The notes beneath the pieces were generated by a model. That model saw only the letters and a list, made by a program, of their open reading frames with translations, did not search any database and was not told the origin of the DNA. This document shows positions 1 to 10,760 of a stretch of 34,375 nt of DNA, piece by piece (the stretch's first letter is position 1; every line of letters begins with the position of its first letter). Position numbers and translations under genes: made by a program. Location: positions 191,527,817-191,562,191 of the forward strand of contig NC_068982.1 in the NCBI RefSeq assembly GCF_001194135.2. The letters run 5' to 3'. The DNA is from Octopus bimaculoides. Taxonomy: Eukaryota.

Positions 1-61
<61 letters not shown>
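1..61. repeat. (TAT)n microsatellite
   Basis: Perfect TAT/ATT repeat from the window start. Confidence 0.98.
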
Positions 62-63
<2 letters not shown>

Positions 64-290
64 GGTGGCGAGCTGGCAGAATTGTTAGCACACCGGACAA
101 AATGCTTTGCAGCATTTCGTCCGTCTTCAGATTCTGAGTTCAAATTCCGCTGAGGTCGACTTTGTCTTTCACCCTCTCGGGGGTCAATAAATTAAGGACC
201 AATAAAACACTGGGGTCGATATAATCGACTAATCCACCTCCCCCAAAACTTCAGGCCTTGTGCCTTTAGCAGAAAGGATTATTATCATTA
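62..290 (+). mobile_element. tRNA-derived SINE, family A, near full length
   Basis: A-box-like GGCGAGCTGGCAGAATTGTTAGC, B-box GAGTTCAAATTCC, body GAGGTCGACTTTG..TTTCACCCTCTCGGGGGTCAATAAA. Alignable copies at 9023-9240, 18548-18727 and 26225-26434. Confidence 0.85.
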
Positions 291-304
291 ATATATCTTT
301 GTTC

Positions 305-502
305 AATTTTGTTTCCTCTTCTTCTTCTTCTTCTTCTTCTTCTTCTTCTTCTTCTTCTTCTTCTTCTTCTTCTTCTTCTTCTTCTTCTTCTTCTTCTCCT
401 CCTCTTCCATTTCCTCCTTCTCCTCCTCCTTCTCTTCCTCGTTCTTCATCTTCTTCTTCTTCTTATTGTTGTTGTTGTTGTTGTTGTTATTGTTATTATT
501 AC

Positions 503-556
<54 letters not shown>

Positions 557-613
557 CGTAATTGTTGTTATTATTATTGTTATTATCATCATCATCATCA
601 TTACCATCATCAC

Positions 614-667
<54 letters not shown>

Positions 668-690
668 TATTATCATTATTATTATTATAG
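305..690. repeat. Compound trinucleotide array (TCT)n-(TCC)n-(TGT)n-(TAT)n-(CAT)n
   Basis: Read directly. It explains the poly-S/Y/H/L/I/M ORFs 260-721, 309-779 and 446-676. Confidence 0.97.
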
Positions 691-879
691 GAAGGGAGAA
701 TATAATGAACTCAATGATTGAATCGATATGGTATATTATTAGTTCCCACTTTATTGATCTTGTGTCTATAGATTGTTAGGTTGTGCATTTATATCTGTCT
801 AGATAATGAGGTACCGAACAAATGAGGTACCGAACCATGTCCACTTGAATTCACAGTAACATTCACTCTCTGGTTTTGG

Positions 880-1120
880 CTCCCCAAAACAGGTGAACCA
901 TCAATCGACTTGCTGGAAATAGCAGCTACATCTGTTTCAATAATATTTTTAAAAAAAGATGGACATTTTGGTAAATGTCGTTTTGGATTAATTATGCCTG
1001 AAAATAAGAAGGGGTGGCCATAGATAACTGGAAGGATTTAACCCAAGGCCTATTTGATCAGGAGTAGCTTAGGGTCAAACAACAACAGTAGCAGCTGCAG
1101 CAGCAACAACAACAACAACA
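880..1120 (+). mobile_element. Decayed SINE 3' portion (family E) ending in (CAA)n
   Basis: CGACTTGCTGGAAATAGCAGC motif and tail GGTCAAACAACAAC. Related pieces at 5770-6030, 16345-16420 (-), 25500-25560, 25790-25845 (-), 26905-26975 (-) and 27600-27640 (-). Confidence 0.55.
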
Positions 1121-1183
1121 GTAGTTTAGATACATTATTAGTAAACTGAAATATGAGGGAGAGTGGCCGTAACTGTTGCAGGT

Positions 1184-1197
1184 GCGCCCTCTGGTGG
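1184..1197 (-). promoter_or_regulatory. Candidate CTCF binding site
   Basis: Minus strand reads TGT-CCACCAGAGGGCGC-AC, an exact match to the core consensus CCASYAGRKGGCRS. Motif match only. Confidence 0.45.
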
Positions 1198-1219
1198 ACA
1201 AGGGTAACATTGTGAGGTT

Positions 1220-1335
1220 GACATGATTGATTTGATGTTTGTTGGGGAATATTGGAGTTTGGAAATGAATTCCGATGGGGAACAGTTCAAAGGATGACGG
1301 ATTCGTTACTGTGGTTAGAATTGATTAAGGAAAAA
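1220..1335 (-). pseudogene. Highly decayed CR1/L2-type LINE C-terminal remnant
   Basis: Minus frame gives SNHSNESVIL*TVPHRNSFPNS, weakly resembling the SFxPRTxxxWNSLP motif at LINE ORF2 ends. Confidence 0.3.
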
Positions 1336-1542
1336 GTCACAATGAAGATAACACAAAAAGAGAAAGTGTTTTGAGGATTGAATTGATAGAAAATTCACAA
1401 TTTGAGTGGAGCAGGAGCTGTTATAGTAGGGGTAGATGTGATAGTAGGAGTACACAATACTTCTGCACACCACTGGCTTTTGACTGAAAGATTGTTAACT
1501 AAATGAATGGCTTTGGGGAAAATCTGTTCAGACAATCCGAAT

Positions 1543-1704
1543 GTGGCCGATGTCAGTGCCGCCTGACTGGCTCCCGTGCCAGTGGCACGTAAAAAGCACC
1601 CGCTACATTCTCGGAGTGGTTGGCATTAATAAGGGCATCCAGGTGTAGAAGTATTGACAGATCAGATTGGGGCCTGGAAAACGGACGTTAAGTGATGATG
1701 ATGA
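1543..1704 (+). mobile_element. 3' end of the RTE-like (PHD-type) LINE family with (GAT)n tail, internally deleted
   Basis: GTGCCAGTGGCACGTAAAAAGCACCC..GGAGTGGTTGGCATTA..AGGGCATCCAG..ACGGACGTTAAGTGATGATG aligns with 33671-33901. Confidence 0.85.
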
Positions 1705-2094
1705 CAGTCTATATATGTGTATGAATGTGTATGTGTGTTTGAGTATGTGCATGCGTGTGTGTGTGTATTAGTGTATGTATGTGTGTGTTTGTGAGTATGC
1801 ATGTGTATATGTTTTAAAGGGTGATGTGATGCATCTAATACAGTTGTGTGTTGTTGTTGGTGGGGGTGGGGGTGGGATCAGTGCATTACTACATTCCACC
1901 TACTTGTAACTGTTTTGCTCACTGCTCCCTGCCACCGAATATTGCAAAACGGGATGCACCTCGATGTGTAAGTCTTCCTCTCTTGTACACAATTTCCCTG
2001 TTGCAAAAACCTTGTGCAACGCCACCTGATGACTACAAAGGTAACTGGGTCCTTCCAGATTTTGGAAGGATTTGCGTTGGCAGTACCACATTGG

Positions 2095-3120
2095 TTTTTT
2101 TGTTAGCCGTCCCCTGCTCTGTTAGGTTGAATCTCATGCTTTCAGGTATTTTTTTGCATCAAATTTTGTCTTGGCATCATTGCCTGCAAATGTGTTTTTT
2201 GGCTGAACTTTTCCTCTGTCAGCATCTCTTTTCTTCCTTTACAAATCTTTGCTGTGTTAGGACAAGGTTTTGTTTTAAGAGGTGTTTGCACTTTAGCACC
2301 TCTCCAACTTAAATAGAGATCTTTTGGGGGTCGGCAGACTTTACTCTATTAGCAGAGAAATTTTGTATGAAAAGTCTATTGCTTTGTGGCATACCTTCAC
2401 AGACCTTTACTTCTTCAGCATCTCATTTCGTTTGTTGTTGTTTTTTTTCCTGTTGAAATTCTTTCTTTTGTAATCACTGTTGATGTGTTAGATATGTTTA
2501 GCAAAAATATTGGCGTTAAATTTATGATTTCCACAAGCTTAAATTTATGGTTTCCACAAACTTTTGCAGTTCTTTGCCATTTTATTCAACCTTTGCTGTG
2601 TTATGTGAAGTTTTTGGGTGTAAAGAACTTGCATTTTAGCAGATATTTTCCCAGTTTCTGATACATTTTTTCAAATAAAATACTTTTATCAATGGCAAAT
2701 TTTGTTTGTGTTGCACGTCTGTTTCTCTTTCGCACACCTTTGTTCTGTTAGCATAATGGTTATCAGCAGACCACTTTTGGATTAGCTGAACTTTGTTGTT
2801 CTGAAAGAACCATTTGCTCCGTTAGAGCCTCTTTTAATTTATAGTCATTTGTTGTGTTATCAGAGCTTCCCTATGTCGGCTAAAAATGTTTGCTAAATGA
2901 CGGTGTTTGGTCGACAAAATTTTAGGTTGTTATCCCATCTGTTCTCTGTTAGTCTGTTGGCACCTGTTTGGCTTCGTTAGCAGATCTTTGCTGAGTTAGA
3001 ACAATTTTTTGCGTTTAAAGGCCTTAGTCTTGTTTGCAGATATTTTCTGTGTTTCCCCAACATTTTTCTGTTAAGAGAACCATTTTTTGTGCTACTAGTC
3101 CTCTTCTCAGTTAGTACCTC
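2095..3120 (-). repeat. Degenerate strand-asymmetric tandem array rich in (G)CTAAC motifs
   Basis: T-rich plus strand. Homologous blocks CTTTGCTG(T/A)GTTA at 2247, 2591 and 2986; GCAGATATTTTC at 2639 and 3036; 23-bp duplication at 2516-2561. Confidence 0.7.
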
Positions 3121-3443
3121 CTTTCTTTTGGTGTGTGTATGCATGTATTTGTGTGTGCATGAGTGTGTGTATGTATGTGAGTGCATGTGCATGTGACACT
3201 ATGGCACTACATGTGAGCTGTCCACATGAACGATTTCATTTCTGACCCTGTCCTTTGTAAAACAGTTTAGTCTGTTAGAAAATTGTGGTTACCATGCAAG
3301 GCAATGAGAGATTATAAAACGTCACACACACGCACACACACACACACATGCATGTATGCATGTATGTATGTATGTATGTATGTATGTATGTTTGCATGTA
3401 TATGCACATACATACATACATGCATATATGTATATATATTTAT

Positions 3444-3761
3444 AAATCGAAATCGAAATCGAACCAAATTCGACGACTGGCATCCATGCCAACCTCTCCT
3501 TCATTGGACACTAAACTCTGCTTGCGAAGACCTGTTGGGGCAAGTGAAATCGAAATCGTAATTGAACCATATTCGATGACTGGCACCTGTGCCAGTGGAG
3601 CACTAACAGCACCGTCCGAGCGTGATCATTGCCAGAGCAGCTGTCTGGCTTCTGTGCCGTTGGCGCGTAAGTAGCACCATTTGAGCGTGATCGTCACCAG
3701 TGTAACCTTACTGGCACTTGTGTCGGTGCCACGTTAGAAAATATTCGAGCGAGGTTGTTGC
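3444..3761 (+). mobile_element. 3' UTR segment of the RTE-like LINE with ~65-bp tandem units
   Basis: Units start at 3579, 3644 and 3710. The same unit occurs at 33671-33760 and 1543-1602. Truncated by a gap. Confidence 0.75.
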
Positions 3762-4316
3762 NNNNNNNNNNNNNNNNNNNNNNNNNNNNNNNNNNNNNNN
3801 NNNNNNNNNNNNNNNNNNNNNNNNNNNNNNNNNNNNNNNNNNNNNNNNNNNNNNNNNNNNNNNNNNNNNNNNNNNNNNNNNNNNNNNNNNNNNNNNNNNN
3901 NNNNNNNNNNNNNNNNNNNNNNNNNNNNNNNNNNNNNNNNNNNNNNNNNNNNNNNNNNNNNNNNNNNNNNNNNNNNNNNNNNNNNNNNNNNNNNNNNNNN
4001 NNNNNNNNNNNNNNNNNNNNNNNNNNNNNNNNNNNNNNNNNNNNNNNNNNNNNNNNNNNNNNNNNNNNNNNNNNNNNNNNNNNNNNNNNNNNNNNNNNNN
4101 NNNNNNNNNNNNNNNNNNNNNNNNNNNNNNNNNNNNNNNNNNNNNNNNNNNNNNNNNNNNNNNNNNNNNNNNNNNNNNNNNNNNNNNNNNNNNNNNNNNN
4201 NNNNNNNNNNNNNNNNNNNNNNNNNNNNNNNNNNNNNNNNNNNNNNNNNNNNNNNNNNNNNNNNNNNNNNNNNNNNNNNNNNNNNNNNNNNNNNNNNNNN
4301 NNNNNNNNNNNNNNNN
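3762..4316. other. Assembly gap
   Basis: N run. Confidence 1.
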
Positions 4317-5278
4317 ATATATATATATATACACGCACACACTTATAATGTGGATATATTATAAGAAAGCCGTAATACTGCAGTATTTGCTTTGAGAGGA
4401 TATGTTCTTATAGTATATCTATTTTTAAAGATATACAGATTAACATTTGGAACTAATAATGCTTCAGTTGCTAATAACGAATATACCCAGCCCCCGCCCC
4501 AACACACACACATATTTGAACAGATCGATATTAGCATAAAACTTTAAAATCCTGTTGATATTTCTTTTGTAAGATGTTCCATAATTAACTCCGTTTTAGC
4601 TGCCATGTTCGTTGATTTGTTTCTGAGAAGTCTTTGATAAAAACTGATAAATTAACAAGATTCACTGATTCCTTTCTATTAAGTCCACTTGGCTGTGATA
4701 AAACAGAAATAGGATGGTCAGGTTAACCTACTCTCTCCTGACAAACTTGCCTGGCCATCAGGAATATTATAAATGCAGCGCTGAGGTGAGGTAGGTGGAC
4801 AGAATTGTTGATGTTGGCAAAAAAATCTCTTTATAACGACTATTTATATATTTTACAAATGTACAAGTGAATTAATTGTACTGAAAAGCATATTTCTAGC
4901 AATTTATAAGATAGAAATAATGTTTTAGTTAACACTGTTATGTGAGGTAGTTATTATAATATCTATATTATGTTAAGGCGATACTCCAGTATGGCCACAA
5001 CCCTACAATTGAAGACCCTAAAATAATGATAGAATAGTTACTAGAAACAGAATAAGGCAGGTAATTATAGAGACCGATGTTTGCATGTATATAGATATGA
5101 ATATGTATGTAATAATACAAATAGTATGTGAGTATATGCATGTATACGTACATGTATGTACATACCTACATCTACATGTATATATAGATGCATATCTGGG
5201 TACAGGACGTCACAAAAAAAAAACGTGGACAAAATGAAAAACAGAACATAAACAGAGTACAGAAAACAAACAGGCCAC

Positions 5279-5309
<31 letters not shown>

Positions 5310-6074
5310 TGTATGTATGTCGGCATTACAGCACAAGATTGATTACCCTTGGCCAAATATGGTATACAAAACATGTATACGCAAAACCAAGTAGAAGAAA
5401 TCGGGAACACATTACTTGGAACAAAATGACAGAATTCCACGAGGTATTTAGAGTGGCTCTAGTTTAAGGTTCAACACTCTAGCATTCTGTAACCGTGAAC
5501 AAAGTTTCTAGAACCTTCAGAAATATAATTTGGCAGGTGTTTATTCAAGTTTTCTTTAAAGTCTACGACTCTTACTGGTTCCATGCCACTTGACAATGAT
5601 TGGTTGATGACATGCGAGTCTCCTTTGTTGGCTCATCTTAATCTGTGATCAAATGGTTGAATGTAACTTTGATCGTTCAACACCCCACCCCTATTTCCCT
5701 TCGATATGAAGACCATCCAACATTGATCTCCTACCCTACCATCCCGCATCAGTGAAATCTTTCAACAAGGGAGCCTCTACGTAGTCACATGACCTGTTAG
5801 AAACAGCAACCAAATTTCTCACATCTCACTCTATTATTTTGGGGAAAAAACGTGCTTTAGACGACGTAGTTCCGCTTGTACTAAATATGAAACCCATAAT
5901 AATAGATGAGCTGGACATCGATGGAATGTCTTTTAATCTCTAGATTTCCTCAGTCAGAACTGACCTAGTGCTAAGCAACAACAACAACAACAACAATGAT
6001 GGTGATGATGACCATAACAGCAACAACAACTTCCTTTCTTCTTTATTGTTGCAATATTGGGAATAAAATGTGAG

Positions 6075-6290
6075 ATGGATGAATGGGATAAGAGATTAGA
6101 TTACCTACCCATAGGTTGAGGGTTCAAACCCTCCATAAGATATTGTGTTTCTCAACAGAAGACATTATTGTCCATCACTCCGATCACAAATCTGCTGAGA
6201 GTAATTATGAGAATAAATACGAATTCGTACTGGAATCGGTAGAGAATTTTACCTGTGATTGACGAGCATCCTATACAAGGAGAATGTTTA
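6075..6290 (+). mobile_element. Decayed tRNA-headed SINE
   Basis: B-box-like GGGTTCAAACCC at ~6120, followed by GATATTGTGTTTCTCAAC.AGACATT, similar to the family C body. Confidence 0.45.
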
Positions 6291-6371
6291 TATTTCATCC
6301 ATTTAACAAAGAGAAATAGAGACTATTAAGTCCCTTCGGCTGTTTCTAAGATATTTCTACATTATATCACA

Positions 6372-6605
6372 CGTTTATCCATTCATTCATCTTCTTCATT
6401 CACTATTCCTGGGTGTGGGGGACTGTGGAGGTTGATCCTCCAGGCATTTCTTTCACAGGATCCTATCAGTATCATCCATCATTAGACTTTCCGGCTGGAT
6501 TCCTAAGCAGGATCAACCAAGGCCATGGACGTTATCCTACCATTTCGTTCTTGGTCTACCTTGAAGTCTCCTGCCGATTCGCTCCATTTGAAGAATCTTT
6601 CTTGT
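6372..6605 (-). pseudogene. RTE-clade (Rex3/Expander-like) LINE 3' end
   Basis: Minus frame ILQMERIGRRLQGRPRTKW*DNVHGLG*SCLGIQPES..CLEDQPPQ resembles the GRPRTRW..LGW.RLGIPPE..LLPPRP C-terminus. Tail GAATGAATGGAT. Confidence 0.7.
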
Positions 6606-7127
6606 GATTCTTTCTTTTGACATCCTAATCACATGTTCATAGTGCCAGAACTGTGACCTTTCAATACCGAGAGCAACAGCGGGGTGGGGAGAGACCCCTT
6701 CATCTCCCAGCTATGTACCCTGTCGAGAAACGTTGCTCCAGAGATTCTCTGAAGGAACCCCATTTTGACCGTTTAGACAATATTCTTTTCTGAGCAAAAA
6801 AGACCCTTCCTGTGGTCTCTGGAATTGTCCATTAACTTTGTTCCTTCCCTTAGCTTTGCACTTATCGTCTACTTTCTCAAATCTCAGAAATACTTCTTTG
6901 AATTTGAGAAAGTGGATTTGCCTAACATTTAAAAAAAAACAGAGAAAAGAAGAATTCCAGCAAATATCGCAATGAAATCAACGACGAAATTCTAGTGACG
7001 TATCTTCACTAAAAGTATGTTACTATGACAACGTTTCAAGAAAGATATTAAAAAAATCTTATATAGTTTTTTAATGTCTTCGACGCTTTTAGCAAATGGG
7101 TTGCGATGTGTTTTAGTAGGCTTAGCG

Positions 7128-7128
<1 letters not shown>

Positions 7129-7179
<51 letters not shown>

Positions 7180-7199
7180 ATGTGTGTGTGTGTATATGC

Positions 7200-7250
<51 letters not shown>

Positions 7251-7390
7251 CGTATATATACGCACATACGTATATATGTATATATACGTATATATACGCA
7301 CATGCGTATATATATGTATATATACGCACATACATATATGCCTTAAATACGCACAATACATGTGCACATACATACGCATGTACATGCGCT
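7129..7390. repeat. (TG)n-(TA)n-(TATACGCACA)-type microsatellite cluster
   Basis: Read directly. A second (AC)n tract lies at 7539-7612. Confidence 0.95.
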
Positions 7391-7537
7391 ACACATTTAT
7401 TTAATAAAAGCTAATTGAATGGTAGGAATTCAATGATCGTTTTTATGTAATTTTTTTTTTTTTTGCATTTGTAAGCTGATGTCAAATGGCAATCTTCTAA
7501 TGTCGTGTCTTTGAAATATGGTTAACAACAATCAAAC

Positions 7538-7614
<77 letters not shown>

Positions 7615-8255
7615 ACATGCGCGCGCTACATTGAAATCACGTGTTCTAGTTTCACATATATTTTCTACCATGAACTGACAAGAAACAATTGCCACCCACT
7701 TCCCCCAACACACGACACAAAATTAGACAGAAAAACATTAGTAAACAACACATCAATAACATAGAATTCCTTACAAAAAAAGGTCAAGGGTGGAAATGAT
7801 AAACCATTAGGCAATGCTAAAATATAGACAGAGGGGCGCTTATACACCAGTCACAAATTAACATAAATACCGCACTGGTAACGTACAACTCTAAAAGTCT
7901 ACAATTCCGGACGTAACGTCTACAACAAATGCATCGACTTTGCTTATTGTAAAGAAGTAGAAACACACTCCAGTATCACAACACATTGAAGATGAGACAG
8001 AGAAAGCATAAAAACGATGTTGATAAGATTTAGAATCTTTACTGTTCCAAAACAACTGCCAGGAATTCATACAAAAATATGGAAAACCTTGATTAAATAC
8101 TAAAATGGTTGTTTCCAATGCAACGCGTCTATAAGCAAATCTTTTTCCATTCTTTTTGAATGGGTGGGGTTGTGAAGAGGGGACAGTGCCCATGTCTGCT
8201 CGGGTCCTCTGAGACGAGTGACACTGATGACATTAATGTTCCTCATGAACCTAAG

Positions 8256-8314
8256 TCAACACCTGTTGGAGGGATGTTAAACGTTGGTGGCAGACAAACA
8301 CAGACACAAACACA

Positions 8315-8353
<39 letters not shown>

Positions 8354-8505
8354 GCACGCACAAATACAGACATACACATACACGTCTGTGCGTGCATGTG
8401 TGTGTGGGGGGTGTTTATCCCTCCACACTACTTGACAACTGGTGTTGGTGTGTTTACATATCCATAACTTAGCAGTCCGACAATTGAAACCGATAGAATA
8501 AGTAC
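8256..8505. mobile_element. Two inverted 3'-half fragments of SINE family B around a (CT)n(CA)n tract
   Basis: 8256-8313 is the reverse complement of GTGTTTGTGTCTGTGTTTGTC.CCACC. 8410-8505 reads GTGTTTATCCC..TTGACAACTGGTGTTGGTGTGTTTAC..CCGATAGAATAAGTACC on the plus strand. Confidence 0.65.
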
Positions 8506-9022
8506 CACTTCCTAAAAGTAGTTTAAGTGGTATTCTAAAAGTGATACCAAATAAAAAAGAAATTGACTCCAGGAGAACGAAAGAAAATGATTAATCCCAG
8601 TTAGATTTGAAACCAGAACGTGAGGAGCATCTCTGAATAGCACGGGTCGTTTCTTTCTCCACCTTTCTCCCCAATCCGTAAATGTATCACTTCCGCTTAC
8701 AAAATTATTAAAATCCAATTTTCAAAAGTAACGCAATGTCTTTGTATATTCTGTTGGGAATTTACGATAAGCATTAACAGAAAGTCAGCTTAGAGCAAGT
8801 TTTGAGATTTGCCATAATAACAGCGGTGTTGGTTAGTAATGGAGTTGGTAAATGATGAAAATAGATAAATTATATTTGATATGCACTCATGTTTGAAGGA
8901 AGCAACAGACAGGCTGTAATTTAATCGGTTCATTAAATGTGTCCGCCTAACCAAACGCATTAAAGTGTTTTATCCTACCAAATCCCTGATCAATGACATT
9001 ACTGCTACAATAAACTATTATG

Positions 9023-9240
9023 ATTGGTTTCAAATTCGGGCAACAAGACCAGTAATTTCGGGGAAGTGGGTGAGCCAATTACTTCGAACCCAGTCTTCAA
9101 ATGGTATTTATTTTATCGACCCCGAAAGGATGAAAATCAATGCCAACCTCGCTGGTGTTTGAACTCGGAACGTAGAGACGAACGAAATGCCGCTAAGCAT
9201 TTTGCCTGATGTGCTAACAGCTCTGCCAGCTCGTCGCCTT
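9023..9240 (-). mobile_element. SINE family A copy
   Basis: TTTATCGACCCCGAAAGGATGAAA..TTTGAACTC..CTGCCAGCTCGTCGCCTT is the reverse complement of the 62-290 element. Confidence 0.88.
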
Positions 9241-9373
9241 CATATCCCCATGTGTTGCAAGACAAAATGCTGTCAGAATCTGTTGAACTTTTGAGGTTCT
9301 CAAGAAATAAGAACTATTCTGAAAATCTAAACTCAAATCAGAGATGACAATTGTCCAGTGGACATTTGATAAA

Positions 9374-9518
9374 CCTACCTACCTACCTACATACATACAT
9401 ACCTACCTACCTACCTACCTACCTACCCACCTACCCACCTACCTACCTACATACATACATACATACATACATGCATACATACATACATACATACATACAT
9501 ACATACATACATACATAC
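9374..9518. repeat. (CCTA)n/(CATA)n tetranucleotide array
   Basis: Read directly. Confidence 0.95.
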
Positions 9519-10490
9519 CGTGATGATAGTAACATCGATCATCAAAGCAGTTTATCAGGGACCAATAGCCGGATTACTACCTCCCACTTTGAAGGGTATG
9601 CGTTTGCAATCCAGGAACAGGAAATATCATCCAAGTACCTGATGCACAACAAGGATAAAGGTGCAGGAAAAGCAGTAAAATGTGACAACCGATGCAGACT
9701 TTGAGGAGTTCACACTGAAGATATCACCCACATGATAAGCAGTTGTTCCGAAAATGTCATCACGGTATTATCAACTGATGAGACATGGCGTTGTAGCTAG
9801 GACTCTCTAGAATGAAATCCGTCGGAAGGATAATCCCGAGGACAAAGAAATAAAAACCCACAATATGGTGGAAGCCATAGTGTCTCATAATAAAAAGGAA
9901 TACTGGTGGAATGTCCCAGTGAAGACCTCTATAAAGTGTAAGCTTAAAAGACCTGATATAATGATTTGGGGTAGAGAAGAGAAACTGTGCACGGTTGTGG
10001 AAATTCTCTGCCCAGAGGATGTTAACATAAAGCTGAAGATCAGTGAAAAAGAGAACACCTATGCGGAACTATTGAGAAATCTGCAGTTACTCTATCCAGA
10101 TTACAAGTTCAGGTTTATACGTGTAATTATTGGGGCCCTGAGATATGTAACACTGCTTAAATACCAATCTTCAGAAATTAGGCATCTTAAAACCAGAAAG
10201 GAGAAAGCTAATTCGAAGACTACAGATCCAATCCATCACTGGAACTGTAAAAATCTGTAAAACTCTCCAGAGGTTTATCATTTAAATAAATATGAGCATG
10301 TCTAGATATGCAACTATATGCATGAGAATTCATACGTAAAACATACAAATCTGCAAATACATACATACATACAAAAATACCCCGCTGTTGATGTTGAAAT
10401 TCCAATGAAGGAACCTTGGATCTAGGTTAGAAACCGGTTTTTTTTCTATTGGCAAGAAATCTTGAAATAAACTGAATAATGACATACATA
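9518..10490 (+). mobile_element. 5'-truncated non-LTR retrotransposon with restriction-like endonuclease (R4/Dong/NeSL-like): Zn knuckle, RLE and 3' UTR
   Basis: CX2CX8HX4C knuckle CRL*GVHTEDITHMISSC (second Cys mutated to TGA at 9702). RLE motif KRPDIMIW..TVVEILCP..EKENTY. C-terminus LIRRLQIQSITGTVKICKTLQRFII* after a frameshift. Flanked by CATA repeats. Confidence 0.85.
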
Positions 10491-10760
10491 AATGCATAGA
10501 AATAATAGGATTTTCAGAGAAACAAAAGAAACTGACTCGGGTTCTCCAAATCCAATCTGTTAGTGGCACAGTGGGGATCTGCAAGACATTCCAAAGATTC
10601 TCCATCTGCTTTTGGTGAATAGGTGTACACACTTGGGTGTGTGCATCGACAGTTCAACCAACACACATATTTACAAACAGCGGGAACTCTCTTAACTCAA
10701 AATGTCTTGTCGCTTTGTTAGCATCCAACTTGAACTCTCTCAAAAACAACTTAACATGCA
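10491..10760 (+). mobile_element. Second RLE-LINE 3' terminal fragment (related subfamily)
   Basis: IGFSEKQKKLTRVLQIQSVSGTVGICKTFQRFSICFW* is paralogous to the C-terminus at 10180-10285; the 3' UTR differs. Confidence 0.75.

Noticed and set aside
62-150. tRNA genes at SINE heads (also 17970-18043, 29222-29295)
   Set aside because: A/B boxes are present but no complete cloverleaf, and each runs into a SINE body.
260-779. ORFs with poly-S/Y/H/L/I/M, and similar VCVC/YIYI/HTHT ORFs across the window
   Set aside because: Translations of microsatellites; no splice or domain evidence.
805-835. 15-bp direct repeat AATGAGGTACCGAAC
   Set aside because: Simple local tandem duplication with no insert between copies.
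2026-2032. CTGATGA here and at 8224, 29563 and in LINE coding sequence
   Set aside because: No stem II plus GAAA downstream; expected by chance or from ADD codons.
3579-3761. CRISPR-like appearance of spaced palindromic repeats
   Set aside because: Whole units are homologous with no unique spacers; eukaryotic LINE UTR context; no cas genes.
3694-4395. Long X-filled ORFs here and at the other six gaps
   Set aside because: Open only because N runs contain no stop codons.
4762-4785. 24-bp microexon candidate (EYYKCSAE) with AG/GTGAG borders
   Set aside because: Too short to distinguish from chance without RNA data.
6671-6738. GAAACGTTGCTC with upstream GAGCAAC, and CAACGTTTC at 7029, as additional hammerheads
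   Set aside because: No CUGANGA core or stem II in the required position.
6871-6913. 12-bp inverted repeat ACTTTCTCAAAT with 19-nt spacer
   Set aside because: Short, AT-rich and without TSD or second copy; plausible by chance.
7826-7840. Partial CTCF-like ACAGAGGGGCGC
   Set aside because: Lacks the CCAC/CCAG 5' half.
7891-8193. 100-aa minus-strand ORF
   Set aside because: No recognisable motif; composition reflects an A-rich plus strand.
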